Part shown: piece after piece, positions 55,290-64,000 of the stretch | Position numbering within the stretch: position 1 is the first letter of the stretch | How the letters are laid out: the number at the start of each line of letters is the position of its first letter | NCBI GenBank assembly: GCA_964396005.1 | Contig: CAYNCT010000001.1 | Span: forward strand, 19,679-83,678 | DNA: 64,000 bases | Reading direction: 5' to 3' | DNA from: an uncultured Verrucomicrobiota bacterium | GTDB lineage: Bacteria; Verrucomicrobiota; Verrucomicrobiia; Limisphaerales; J093 | Notes under the pieces: model-generated | Told to the model about the DNA's origin: nothing | The model's input: only the letters and a program-made list of their open reading frames with translations | Database searches by the model: none | Made by a program: the position numbers and the translations under genes

Positions 55290-55751
55290 TCAAAAGGGGA
55301 CGTCGTCCTCGTCCGGAGCCGGAGCGTCGGCGGGCGCGGGCGGCGGGGCGCTGACGTTACCTTGCGCGGTGGTCCGCGGGGCGGCAGCCGGGGCGTCAGG
55401 CGCTCCTTCAGCAGCGCGATTGGAATCAAGGAAGGAGAACGACTCGAGCACGACGCCCAACCGGCTGCGCTTCTGGCCGGTCTGTTTGTCGTCCCACTGG
55501 TCCAGCTTCAGGCGTCCCTCGATCAAGAGGGCGCGACCTTTGCGCAGATACTGCCCGAGCACCTCGGCCTGTTTGCCGAACGCGTCCACATCCACAAAGG
55601 TCACTTCTTCCCGCTTTTGGCCATCCTCACCTGTCCAGGAACGATTGATGGCGAGGCCCAGCTTGGCGATGGCCAATCCCTTGGGAGTGTACCGGAGATC
55701 GGGGTCGCGGGTCAGATTGCCCGCAAGAATGACTTTGTTGAAACTGGCCAT
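55290..55751 (-). CDS. ssb: Single-stranded DNA-binding protein
   Basis: 'MASFNKVILAGNLTRDPDLRYTPKG' OB-fold N-terminus and an acidic tail ending 'DEDDVPF'. Confidence 0.9.
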   Translation of the reverse strand: MASFNKVILAGNLTRDPDLRYTPKGLAIAKLGLAINRSWTGEDGQKREEVTFVDVDAFGKQAEVLGQYLRKGRALLIEGRLKLDQWDDKQTGQKRSRLGVVLESFSFLDSNRAAEGAPDAPAAAPRTTAQGNVSAPPPAPADAPAPDEDDVPF

Positions 55752-55769
55752 GGCAGGCGGCCCGGGGAA

Positions 55770-56102
55770 TCAGGCGGTGGCGGAGGCTGCGGCTTCCGGT
55801 TTGCCTTCCTTCGCTGCCACGAAGAACAAGGCGCGGAACACGTCCTCGTTGGTGGCGAAGCGCGTCCGCAGCGGCGCGATGGCATTCGTCGGGGCCGAAA
55901 AGATAATGTTCACGTAGTACCCGCTGGTGCGCCGTTTGTTGGTGACGCGGGCGAACGGCTGCTTGTCCATCTTCTGGACCGTTTCGATCTTGCCGCCCTG
56001 GGCAGTGATTTCCGCCCGGACCTTCTCGATCAACTCCAGCACGTTCTCCTCCTTGCCGGAGGTGTTCAGGATAAACAAGCCTTCGTAACGTTGCACTCGC
56101 AT
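55770..56102 (-). CDS. rpsF: 30S ribosomal protein S6
   Basis: 'YEGLFILNTSGKEENV' is S6-like. Length is 110 aa and the gene lies immediately upstream of ssb. Confidence 0.85.
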   Translation of the reverse strand: MRVQRYEGLFILNTSGKEENVLELIEKVRAEITAQGGKIETVQKMDKQPFARVTNKRRTSGYYVNIIFSAPTNAIAPLRTRFATNEDVFRALFFVAAKEGKPEAAASATA

Positions 56103-56107
56103 GTCTT

Positions 56108-56704
56108 CTACTTGGTCGGGGCGGAAACCACCCCGTTAAACCGATTCATTGCCGTCCCGACGCCCTCGAACAACCAGCACTTCGCCGCGTCGGCCGCGCG
56201 TGCCAGCACTTCATCAAACAGCCGGGCCTCGTCCGCCGTGAACCGCCCGAGCACATGATCCGCAATCTGGCGGTCGTCCGGTTGGCGTCGGCCGATTCCC
56301 AGCCTCAACCGCGCGAAATTCCGCGTGCCGAGGTGCTGCTCGACGGACTCCAAGCCGTGGTGCCCACCGGCGCTGCCTTCAGGCCGCAGTCGCACCACGC
56401 CCAGGGGCAAATCCGCGTCGTCCACCACCACCAACAGCCGCTCCGACCCGATCCGGTAAAACTGCGCCACCGGGCCGACCGCGGCGCCGCTCCGGTTCAT
56501 GTACGTCTGCGGCTGACAGAGCAGTACCCTTCGGCCGTCCACCACCCCCTGCGCCAACCGCGCCTGACAACCGGTTTCCAAGCGCCAAGACCATCCCCAG
56601 CCGCCAGCCAGTCGCTCCACCACCGCAAAGCCCGCGTTGTGGCGAGTGCCGGCATATTGGCGGCCGGGGTTGCCCAAGCCGACGATGAGTTGAGCATCCT
56701 CCAT
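56108..56704 (-). CDS. pth: Peptidyl-tRNA hydrolase
   Basis: 'LIVGLGNPGRQYAGTRHNAGF' and 'GHHGLES' are Pth signatures. Start moved to ATG 56704. Confidence 0.9.
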   Translation of the reverse strand: MEDAQLIVGLGNPGRQYAGTRHNAGFAVVERLAGGWGWSWRLETGCQARLAQGVVDGRRVLLCQPQTYMNRSGAAVGPVAQFYRIGSERLLVVVDDADLPLGVVRLRPEGSAGGHHGLESVEQHLGTRNFARLRLGIGRRQPDDRQIADHVLGRFTADEARLFDEVLARAADAAKCWLFEGVGTAMNRFNGVVSAPTK

Positions 56705-56758
56705 CGGCTCCGAAAGGAACCACAAGACGGCGGGTCCCCGGTCGGCCGTCCGCCACGG

Positions 56759-57517
56759 CTACTTTTTCTTCTCGGCCGGCTTTTCGGATTTCTTCTCGGC
56801 CGGCTTGTCGGCGGCCTTTTCGGCGCCCGCCTTCGCGGGGGCTTTCTCGCCCGGCTTCGCTGCCTCGCCCGCGCCCTCTTCCTTCTTCTCTTTGATCACT
56901 TCCGGCTCGCCCGCCGCGGCTTCCTGCGCCGCGGCCGCCGCTTCCTCCGCTTCGGACACCGGCGCGGCCACCGCTAGGACCGACACGTGCTTGTCTCCCA
57001 GCACTTCCACGCCGGCTGGGGGCTGGATGTCGCCGATGTGAATTGCCTGCCCAATGTCCAAATGCGAGACGTCCAGAGTCAGGGCCTCCGGGAGGTCACG
57101 GGGCAGCGCCCGCACCTTGACGCGGAACAGGACGTGCTCGAGCACTCCGCCGTTCTTGACGCCGATCGCCTCTCCCACCGCCTCCACGGGCACCGCCACG
57201 GTCACCCTCTCGTCGGCCGCCACCTCGTGAAAATCCACATGCAGGACCCGCCCCGTTAGCGGATGGTGTTGCACTTCCTGCACCAGCGCGAGCCGTTCGG
57301 GTCCCCCGTCGCCTTCGACCGTAAGGTCCACCAGAATGTTTTCCCCGTGGGCTCGGTGCAGGAGGTCCTCCAGCTCCTTGTTCACCAGTTCCAGGTTTTG
57401 CGCCGCCCGGTGGCGACCGTAAATGACGGCCGGCACGCGCTCCGCGCTTCGCAATTTCTTCACGCCCAAGCGACCCGTCGCGGTGCGCGGATGGGCTTTC
57501 AACGGTACGGACTTCAT
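56759..57517 (-). CDS. rplY: 50S ribosomal protein L25 / general stress protein Ctc
   Basis: 'LKAHPRTATGRLGVKKLRSAERVPAVIYG' is an L25 N-terminus. The long form carries a Lys/Glu/Ala-rich tail. Confidence 0.9.
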   Translation of the reverse strand: MKSVPLKAHPRTATGRLGVKKLRSAERVPAVIYGRHRAAQNLELVNKELEDLLHRAHGENILVDLTVEGDGGPERLALVQEVQHHPLTGRVLHVDFHEVAADERVTVAVPVEAVGEAIGVKNGGVLEHVLFRVKVRALPRDLPEALTLDVSHLDIGQAIHIGDIQPPAGVEVLGDKHVSVLAVAAPVSEAEEAAAAAQEAAAGEPEVIKEKKEEGAGEAAKPGEKAPAKAGAEKAADKPAEKKSEKPAEKKK

Positions 57518-57559
57518 GCTGCTTCGTTTGCCTCGATCAATTCGCGGACCGGGTGGGGA

Positions 57560-58504
57560 TCAGTCGGCCCGCCCGCCGCGAAACTCAAAAAGCGAAGTCA
57601 CCGACGAATTGGTGTGGATGCGCTTGATGGCTTCGCCCAGTAAGCCGGCGACCGACAGGGTGGTGATGTTCACCCCCGCAATCGCCGGGCAGTGGACGGT
57701 ATCAGTGGTGATCAGTTCGTCAATATTCGATTTGCGCAGTCGTTCGATCCCCAGCGGGCCCAGAATTGCGTGCGACACGCACGCCAGCACCCGGCGCGCC
57801 CCCTGCCGTTTGAGCAGCGCCGCCGCCGTGGTCAGCGTTCCGGCCGTTTCCGTCAGGTCGTCCACCAACAGCACGTTCCGCCCCGCCACCTCCCCGATCA
57901 GCGTCAGCGAGTCCACCTCCGTCGCGTTCCGGCGTCGCTTGACCACGATCCCCAGCTCCGTTCCCAGCACCTGCGAATACGCGTAGGCCATCTTCACCCC
58001 GCCCACGTCCGGGCTGACCACCATCAAATCCTCCAGCGCTTTGGACCGCAGGTAATCGTACATCACCGGCGCCGCGTACAGATGATCCACCGGGATGTCG
58101 AAGAAGCCCTGAATCTGCTGGGCGTGCAGGTCCATGGTGAGCACCCGGTTGGCTCCCGCGGCCGTCAGCAGGTTGGCCACCAGCTTCGCCGTGATCGGCA
58201 CCCGCGGCTGGTCCTTGCGATCCTGCCGCGCGTACCCGTAAAACGGCAGCACGGCCGTAATCCGCTTGGCGCTGGCCCGCCGCAGCGCGTCCATCATAAT
58301 GAACAACTCCATCAGGTGGTGATTCGCCGGCGGGCTGGAGGACTGCACGACGAAGGTGTCTTCGCCCCGCACGTTCTCGTCAATTTTGACGAACGTCTCC
58401 TCGTCCGGGAACTGCACGATCGTGCAGCGGCCCGGCTCGATGCCCACCGACTGGCAGATCGCCCGGGCCAGCGCCGGATTGGAACTCCCGCTGAATATTT
58501 TCAC
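57560..58504 (-). CDS. prs: Ribose-phosphate pyrophosphokinase
   Basis: 'KIFSGSSNPALA', 'PFYGYARQDRK' and 'VLLVDDLTETAGTL' are Prs signatures. A GTG start at 58504 (VKIFSG) is preferred over the ORF-track ATG at 58609, which would add 35 non-homologous residues. Confidence 0.85.
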   Translation of the reverse strand: MKIFSGSSNPALARAICQSVGIEPGRCTIVQFPDEETFVKIDENVRGEDTFVVQSSSPPANHHLMELFIMMDALRRASAKRITAVLPFYGYARQDRKDQPRVPITAKLVANLLTAAGANRVLTMDLHAQQIQGFFDIPVDHLYAAPVMYDYLRSKALEDLMVVSPDVGGVKMAYAYSQVLGTELGIVVKRRRNATEVDSLTLIGEVAGRNVLLVDDLTETAGTLTTAAALLKRQGARRVLACVSHAILGPLGIERLRKSNIDELITTDTVHCPAIAGVNITTLSVAGLLGEAIKRIHTNSSVTSLFEFRGGRAD

Positions 58505-58664
58505 GTCTGGGTTGGTTTGCCTCGCGGCCGCCGACCGCCAACCACGCGCGCTGCGCAGCTCGGGCCGGGGGACCAGCAAAGCGGCGACATTACCCGCCGC
58601 CCTGACCACCGCAAGCGGGATTGCCCGGCGCGCGCCAGTGGGGCGGGCACCACGCTGCTTCAGA

Positions 58665-61600
58665 TCAAAGCAGGTTCACTCCCCGCCGTTTGGCGGCCTT
58701 CCGCAACTGCTCCAGGGCCTCCGCGAACTGCGACCCGGTCACGCGGGCTGCAAACTCGGCAAACGCCTCGTTCGTGAACGCGGATCGCAGGACGTCCCGG
58801 TTGGCTGCCAGGCAATCGGCGGCGCCGGGGTCTGCATCGGCCAGCAACGGCAGCATCTGGCCGGCGACCCGCCGCCACTCGCCGGGGTTGAACTCGACCT
58901 CAGGCTCATCGCGAGCAGCGGCGCGCTCCGAGCGTGACTTGAGCCGCGGCTTGAGTTCCAGCACCAGTTCGCCCAAGAGGCGCTCGGCCGCCGCCCAACA
59001 GGTCTCGATCCGCGCCGGGTCCGTCGCCTCACGCATCGCGCGCTCCAGGTCCCCGGTGGCCCGCGCCAGCTCCACCGCGCCAATCTCCTCGGCTGCACGG
59101 CCCAGATGCCCCGCCACGCGTTCGGCGGCGACGGAATCGCCCTGGATCAGCAAATCCCGGATTTCGTCCGTGGCGTGGGCGTATTGCTCGACAAACTGGC
59201 GCAAGCTCTGGAGAAAAGCCTTCCGCTCCCCGCCCGCCCGGCGCAGGCCGTCCGCGGCATCCAGACCTTCGATCTCTGCGAATTCACTCGCCTCGGTGGC
59301 CGCGGCGGGCTCGCTGGCCGAGGTGGCCGGCTGGCCTTGTGGGGTGGCGGACTGCCCGACCGGCACCGGCTCGGCCGCGAAAGATTCCGCGCCAGCCGCG
59401 GGCGCGCCGTCCAGGGCCGGGGTGTCGGCGGCCGATGTCGGCTGCGGCTCAGGTTCAGCCGGCGGGAGTTTCCCGGTGGTAGGTCCGCCAGAGGGTGGCG
59501 TCTTGTCGGTGGGAACCGAAGTTAACACCGGGTCCTTATCGGGCGGCTGCGGCGCCTCGCTGGAGGTCAGTTCAGCCCCAAACAAGGGAAGCTGTTCTTC
59601 CCGTGGCACCCGCCGGCGGCGTGCCGATTTGGGCGGTCGGGCAACTGCAATCGGTGCCTCGCTGGGCGGCGGCGGTGCGTGTTCCCGCGGGGCGGGTTCG
59701 ATCTCCGCCTCGGGAGCGGCCGCGGAGCCGTCGTTGCTGGCAGGCCGGCCGGTGTCCCTGGTGGGAGCCGCTCCCGCAGTCCGGTCCGTTTCCGGCACGG
59801 CTGCCGCCTCGGTTAAGGCAGCCAGGGACGGAGCTTCAATTGCTGCGGGAAGTTCAGAGGGCCGCTCGGGCGAGGCCGCCTGATCTGGACCGGAGGTTGG
59901 CGACGTGGCAGGGTTCGGCTGGGGTTCCGCGTCCGGGGTGGCAGTCGGGAAATTCCCGGTCTCAGCGGTGATGTCTGGCTCGGACTCGCTACCTCCGAGG
60001 GAGTCGGCCGCCGGCGCCTCGAGGTCGCGGACGGGGGCTTCGGTCGGGGCATCAGCCACCGCCGGAGAGTTCGCGACGGCGGTTGCGGGCGGGGAAATTA
60101 CATCGGGCGTGTCGGCCGCGGCCGGCGGGGCCGACGCCACGGCCGGCCCCGGCGCGGGCGGATCGGCGGCCGGCGCGGGCGCAGCCGCTCGGGGCGCGGC
60201 CAGCGCCGCGGCCAGTGCCACGGCGGTCTGCCGGGCTTCATTCCGGGCCGCGGTGAGCTCGGCCTCCAGGCGCTTGGTCGCAGTGACATCGCTCAAGACG
60301 CCGAAGATCTCGAGCGGTCGCCCGGCGTCGTCCTTGATCACGCGCCCGGTGGTACGGAGCCAGACGACGCGGCCATCCGCCGGCCGCCGATACGCGTAAG
60401 TGGCCTCGTACCCGATACGGTGCCCGGTGGCGACTTGTTGCAGTTCCTCGAGCGCGGCGCGGGCCGCCGATTCGTCCGCGGCTTGGGCATGCGCGAACCA
60501 ATCTTCCACAAGCCGGAAGCGATGCGCGGGCTGCGGCGGGTCGCCCATCAGGGCTTCGGCGCGCGGCGACGAGTGGAACGTGGCGCTGCCGTCGAGCGGC
60601 ACCCGCCAACTGGCGAACCCGGTCAGTTCGAGCACGGTCTCGGACAGGAACCGCGCGCGCTGCAACTCGGCCATCTGCCGGTGGAGTTCTCGCTCGGCTT
60701 CTTTTTGCGCCGTGATGTCGGTTAACACCCCCACGAGGCCCCCGGGCTCGCCGTTGGGCAGGCGGTAGCCTTCAACCGCGTAAACGACCGTCCGCGCCGA
60801 GCCGTCGGCTTGAACGATAGGCAGTTCGTAGCTGCGGCGACCGCCTTCGGCGATCACCGCCTGATCTTCCGCGAGAAACGTCCGCCGGGTTTCTTCGGGC
60901 AGATCCGGCAGTTCCATCACGGTCTTCCCGCGCAGCGACTCGACGGGGAGGCCGAAAGTGACCTGGTAGGCCCGGTTGCTGGTCACGAAGCGCGCGTGGG
61001 CATCTTTGAGGAAAACCGGGTGAGGAATGGCATCCAGGAGCGCCTGCGGAAGCGCCTGATCCGCGGGCCGCGGCGGCGGCTCAACCGGCGGCGCGGGAGG
61101 CGTCGGGGCAACGACCGTTTCGCGGATCCAGCAGCAAACGGGCGATCCCCCCTCCGGCGAAGGCAGCGGGGCGATCCGGATTTCAGCGGGGAATTCGCCC
61201 GCTGCCGCGCGGACGCCCGTCAGTTGCAGCGCCGATTGGGCCAGCGAGCGGCTGGCGGCGGCGAGCAACGCCGCCAATCCGGGCACGAGCGTGTTGATGC
61301 TCTGGCCGCCCAACTCGGCGGCGCGCCGCGCGAAGAGCCGCTCCGCGGCGCCATTGACCCGCTGGATGTTTCCCTGCCGATCCACGAGCACGCCGGCTTC
61401 CGGCGCCGCGTCAAACAAGGAACGAAAGCGGTCGCTGTCTCGCGCGGCTCGGAGGTCCGCCTCGGACGCCGCCGCAGCAGCCGCGCGGGCTGTGCGGCGC
61501 CAATGCACGGCGGCGGCGGCAGCGGCCGCCAACAGCACGGTCACGAGCGAATGGAAGGCCACGGTCCCGGTGTGGCGCCAGCCCGCTCGCGGTCGGATCG

Positions 61601-62381
61601 CCAGCCGAAGCTCGAGATTCGCCAGGCGCACCGGCTCGATCAGCGCGTCCGCAGGTGCGGCGCGGAAGGTGGAAGTGATCGTGGCGGCCGGCTGGAGTGG
61701 CGCCGCGACGGTGGAGAGCGCAAACTGGTAATCGGCCGCGGTCAGATCCTCGAGCCGGGCAGCAAGGAGCAGGTCCCGGAAGCGTGCGGCGACGGTCGCC
61801 AGTCCCCACGCCTGCTCACGTCCGCCAGGTCCGCCGAGGAAAACCGGCTGGCGCACCAGCAGCCCCGGCAGTCCGTCGGCAAGGAGGACCGGCCCGGTCA
61901 CCGTCGCGCTACGCTGCCGCAGGCTCAATAGCGCCGCCTCGCGGCCGAGCGGATCGGTCATCAGATTCCGCCCCAGTAACCGTTCGTAGCCCGTGCCGGG
62001 CGCGACCGCCGTGGTCACGCCGCCCGGCTGCAGTTCGATGGTCGCCAGGGCGGGATGCCGCTCGAGCAGTTCGGTCGCGGTTCGTTGGAAGTTCGGCGCG
62101 CGGCCGTTGCCTTCGCGCACGGACCGGGCAATTTGTTCCGCCGCGCCCAAAGCGGCGGAGAACCCGAGCTCCAACGCCGCGAGCCGGGCCCGCGCCTCGG
62201 CCCGGGCGGCCGCGCGGGCACGCTCGAAACGGAGTTCCGCGGCGCGCCACGTGATCGCGGCACCGGCCAGCAGACACACCCCAAACACCAGGAGCGGTGC
62301 GGAAACACGGCGGCCGGATGGGCGCTGCGGATCGAGGGGTTGGAGCACGGAGGGATTCATCGGCGCAAACGACCGCGGCAA
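58665..62381 (-). CDS. Membrane sensor protein: CHASE domain, three PAS-like modules, long disordered region, C-terminal HPt-like domain
   Basis: N-terminal TM, then a periplasmic CHASE-like segment ('LLERHPALATIELQPGG...LVRQPVF') and a second TM. PAS-like modules include 'FRSLFDAAPEAGVLVDRQGNIQRVN', 'LLDAIPHPVFLKDAHARFVTSNRAY' and a third. About 330 Pro/Ala/Glu-rich residues follow. The C-terminal helical segment 'AERVAGHLGRAAEEIGA' resembles the HPt motif HxLKGxxxxxG. No HisKA or HATPase motifs (H, N, G1, G2 boxes) are seen. Confidence 0.7.
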   Translation of the reverse strand: MPRSFAPMNPSVLQPLDPQRPSGRRVSAPLLVFGVCLLAGAAITWRAAELRFERARAAARAEARARLAALELGFSAALGAAEQIARSVREGNGRAPNFQRTATELLERHPALATIELQPGGVTTAVAPGTGYERLLGRNLMTDPLGREAALLSLRQRSATVTGPVLLADGLPGLLVRQPVFLGGPGGREQAWGLATVAARFRDLLLAARLEDLTAADYQFALSTVAAPLQPAATITSTFRAAPADALIEPVRLANLELRLAIRPRAGWRHTGTVAFHSLVTVLLAAAAAAAVHWRRTARAAAAAASEADLRAARDSDRFRSLFDAAPEAGVLVDRQGNIQRVNGAAERLFARRAAELGGQSINTLVPGLAALLAAASRSLAQSALQLTGVRAAAGEFPAEIRIAPLPSPEGGSPVCCWIRETVVAPTPPAPPVEPPPRPADQALPQALLDAIPHPVFLKDAHARFVTSNRAYQVTFGLPVESLRGKTVMELPDLPEETRRTFLAEDQAVIAEGGRRSYELPIVQADGSARTVVYAVEGYRLPNGEPGGLVGVLTDITAQKEAERELHRQMAELQRARFLSETVLELTGFASWRVPLDGSATFHSSPRAEALMGDPPQPAHRFRLVEDWFAHAQAADESAARAALEELQQVATGHRIGYEATYAYRRPADGRVVWLRTTGRVIKDDAGRPLEIFGVLSDVTATKRLEAELTAARNEARQTAVALAAALAAPRAAAPAPAADPPAPGPAVASAPPAAADTPDVISPPATAVANSPAVADAPTEAPVRDLEAPAADSLGGSESEPDITAETGNFPTATPDAEPQPNPATSPTSGPDQAASPERPSELPAAIEAPSLAALTEAAAVPETDRTAGAAPTRDTGRPASNDGSAAAPEAEIEPAPREHAPPPPSEAPIAVARPPKSARRRRVPREEQLPLFGAELTSSEAPQPPDKDPVLTSVPTDKTPPSGGPTTGKLPPAEPEPQPTSAADTPALDGAPAAGAESFAAEPVPVGQSATPQGQPATSASEPAAATEASEFAEIEGLDAADGLRRAGGERKAFLQSLRQFVEQYAHATDEIRDLLIQGDSVAAERVAGHLGRAAEEIGAVELARATGDLERAMREATDPARIETCWAAAERLLGELVLELKPRLKSRSERAAARDEPEVEFNPGEWRRVAGQMLPLLADADPGAADCLAANRDVLRSAFTNEAFAEFAARVTGSQFAEALEQLRKAAKRRGVNLL

Positions 62382-62535
62382 CGAAGGGCGCCGCAGAAGG
62401 CCGGGGCGCGGGAAGGCCCACGGCGGAACTCACGGGGTCGGCGTCGCTGCGAGGTCACGCCGGCAGCGTAACCGAACTCGCCGACCTTGGGAACTCGTTT
62501 GACGACCGCCGCGATCGTGCCAGCGGGCGGCGCGG

Positions 62536-63312
62536 CTACTCGCGCAGCTCGAGGTCGAACTCCAGGCGGGTGCGAGCGTCGTTGCGCTCGTTCCGGATTT
62601 CCATGGACTTGAGCTGCCACCGCTTCTTGCCGGAGGCGTCGGCCACTTTTTTGAAGCTGCCGATCGAAAACTCCTTCACCTGCTTGCCGGCCGCGTCGTA
62701 GGCCTCCGCGCGGAGAATGGTCTGGTGCTCCGAGTCCACCCATGACCGCACGCGAGCATAGCCCTGCTCGGGGTTCGGATTGACGCTCTCCAGGACCCGG
62801 CACGCCCGGCCCTTGCGCATCTCCCGTTTGACAATCTGCTGCGTGGGCCAGTGAAGAAACTCCAGGCCGAGGTCGGTGAGCCAGAACTCGGAGCCGGCAA
62901 AGGGCACGTTCGATTCCGCGCCCGGCCTGGCCGGTCCCGGCGCCGCCGGCGCCACCGCATGCTGATAGGCGTTGGGACGCCCCGGGCCGCCCGTGACCAC
63001 CAACGTCTCGGCCGGTTGTCCCTCAGGCGTGAACGCCTGGTAGATGCTCTGCCAGGAATCCGGGTGTTCGACGAAGCGCAGGCGCACCGGGATCTCCGCG
63101 AACCATTTGCCGGCGGGATTGCGCAGGCGCAGCACGCCATTGCCTTCGATCGGGCGGAGTAGTTTGAGTTCCGCCGCCAGCACCCGGCCCTCCTCTTCCG
63201 GGGCCAGGCGTTCCGCGGCCCGACCCACGGCGGGCAGCAAGCAACAGGCAACCAGGGCCAGAGCCGCGCACCCGAAATGGGGCCGGCGGGAGGCGGTTCG
63301 ATTGGCGGTCAT
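62536..63312 (-). CDS. Outer-membrane lipoprotein-sorting (LolA-like) domain protein
   Basis: Signal 'AALALVACCLLPAVGRAA', then 'FAGSEFWLTDLGLEFLHW' and 'WQLKSMEIRN', which resemble the LolA-like outer-membrane lipoprotein-sorting family. Confidence 0.6.
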   Translation of the reverse strand: MTANRTASRRPHFGCAALALVACCLLPAVGRAAERLAPEEEGRVLAAELKLLRPIEGNGVLRLRNPAGKWFAEIPVRLRFVEHPDSWQSIYQAFTPEGQPAETLVVTGGPGRPNAYQHAVAPAAPGPARPGAESNVPFAGSEFWLTDLGLEFLHWPTQQIVKREMRKGRACRVLESVNPNPEQGYARVRSWVDSEHQTILRAEAYDAAGKQVKEFSIGSFKKVADASGKKRWQLKSMEIRNERNDARTRLEFDLELRE

Positions 63313-64000
63313 AAAGTTGAGCGGGGGTGCGGGCGGGACGGCCCCCGGCCGGGCGGTCGCAGCGCCAGCTTCAGGGCGTCCGCGATGCGACTCGCGAAGT
63401 GCGCCTTGAGTTTGGCGCGCACTTCCGGCGGCACCTCGGTCCAGTCTTTCCGGTTTTGCGCCGGCAGGATCACCTCGCGCAGGCCCGCACGCGCGGCAGC
63501 CAGCACCTTCTCCTTGATCCCGCCGACCGGCAGGACCCGTCCGCGCAGACTGATCTCCCCGGTCATGGCGAGATCGGAGCGCACCCGTCGCTGGGTCAGC
63601 AACGAAGCCAGGGCCACCACGATCGTCAAGCCCGCGCTGGGGCCGTCCTTGGGCGTCGCGCCGGCGGGGACGTGAACGTGGATGTCGTGCTTTTCAAAGT
63701 CCTTCGTCTCAAGGCCGAGGGGGCCGCCCTGGCTGCGCAGGTAACTCAGGGCGGTGGTGGCGCTTTCCTTCATCACCTCGCCCAGGGAACCGGTCAGCAG
63801 CAACTTGTTGCTGCCGGGCATCCGCGTGGCCTCGATGAACAGAATCTCGCCGCCGACGGGCGTCCACGCCAGGCCGGTGGCGATTCCGGCCACGCGCAAG
63901 ATTTCCGCGTTTTCGGGCAGAAACTTCGCCGGCCCGAGGCAGGTGACCAGGTCGGCGGGACGAAACACCACCGCGCGCCGGGCGCCGCCCCGGGCGACCA
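63309..64000 (-). CDS. lon: ATP-dependent Lon protease, C-terminal proteolytic domain (5' part beyond the window)
   Basis: 'GLAWTPVGGEILFIEA', 'HVPAGATPKDGPSAGLTIVVAL' (catalytic Ser) and 'MTGEISLRGRVLPVGGIKEKVLAA' (catalytic Lys). The frame stays open to the window end. Confidence 0.9.
   Translation of the reverse strand, partial: VARGGARRAVVFRPADLVTCLGPAKFLPENAEILRVAGIATGLAWTPVGGEILFIEATRMPGSNKLLLTGSLGEVMKESATTALSYLRSQGGPLGLETKDFEKHDIHVHVPAGATPKDGPSAGLTIVVALASLLTQRRVRSDLAMTGEISLRGRVLPVGGIKEKVLAAARAGLREVILPAQNRKDWTEVPPEVRAKLKAHFASRIADALKLALRPPGRGPSRPHPRSTL

Overview
Visibly GC-rich chromosomal segment. It is probably Verrucomicrobiota- or Planctomycetota-like, judging from PEP-CTERM proteins, prepilin-like DUF1559 proteins, DUF1080, and giant LamG and PA14 surface proteins. 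I call about 45 protein genes and find no rRNA, tRNA or CRISPR. Most long ORFs in the six-frame track are antisense or out-of-frame artefacts of high GC. Housekeeping content includes B12-dependent ribonucleotide reductase (nrdJ), the cluster rpsF-ssb-rplI / pth / rplY / prs, lon, ogt, a GH42 beta-galactosidase, TolC, a DAACS symporter, a GlcD-like oxidase and an MBOAT acyltransferase pair. The standout is metH at 16384..22317(-), a single stop-free ORF of about 1,990 codons against about 1,230 for canonical MetH. Two ~1-kb cassettes lie in-frame in two inter-domain regions: the cap/B12-domain linker and the start of the reactivation domain. Cassette 1 carries a zeta-toxin-like P-loop kinase domain and cassette 2 a type-I phosphoribosyltransferase domain. 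Each enzyme domain is followed by a small ORF in the +1 frame with better codon bias than the MetH frame. Each small ORF has a Shine-Dalgarno-like site and ends with TAG at the point where MetH homology resumes. No intein signatures are present. Other points worth a second look are a 195-bp element with terminal inverted repeats present three times, a 146-bp tandem repeat built from GGCGCCG-N6-CGGCGCC hairpins, an AmmeMemoRadiSam pair lacking AMMECR1, an RHH-PIN toxin-antitoxin pair, a kinase-less CHASE-PAS-HPt protein, and a CHAT protease cut by the window edge.
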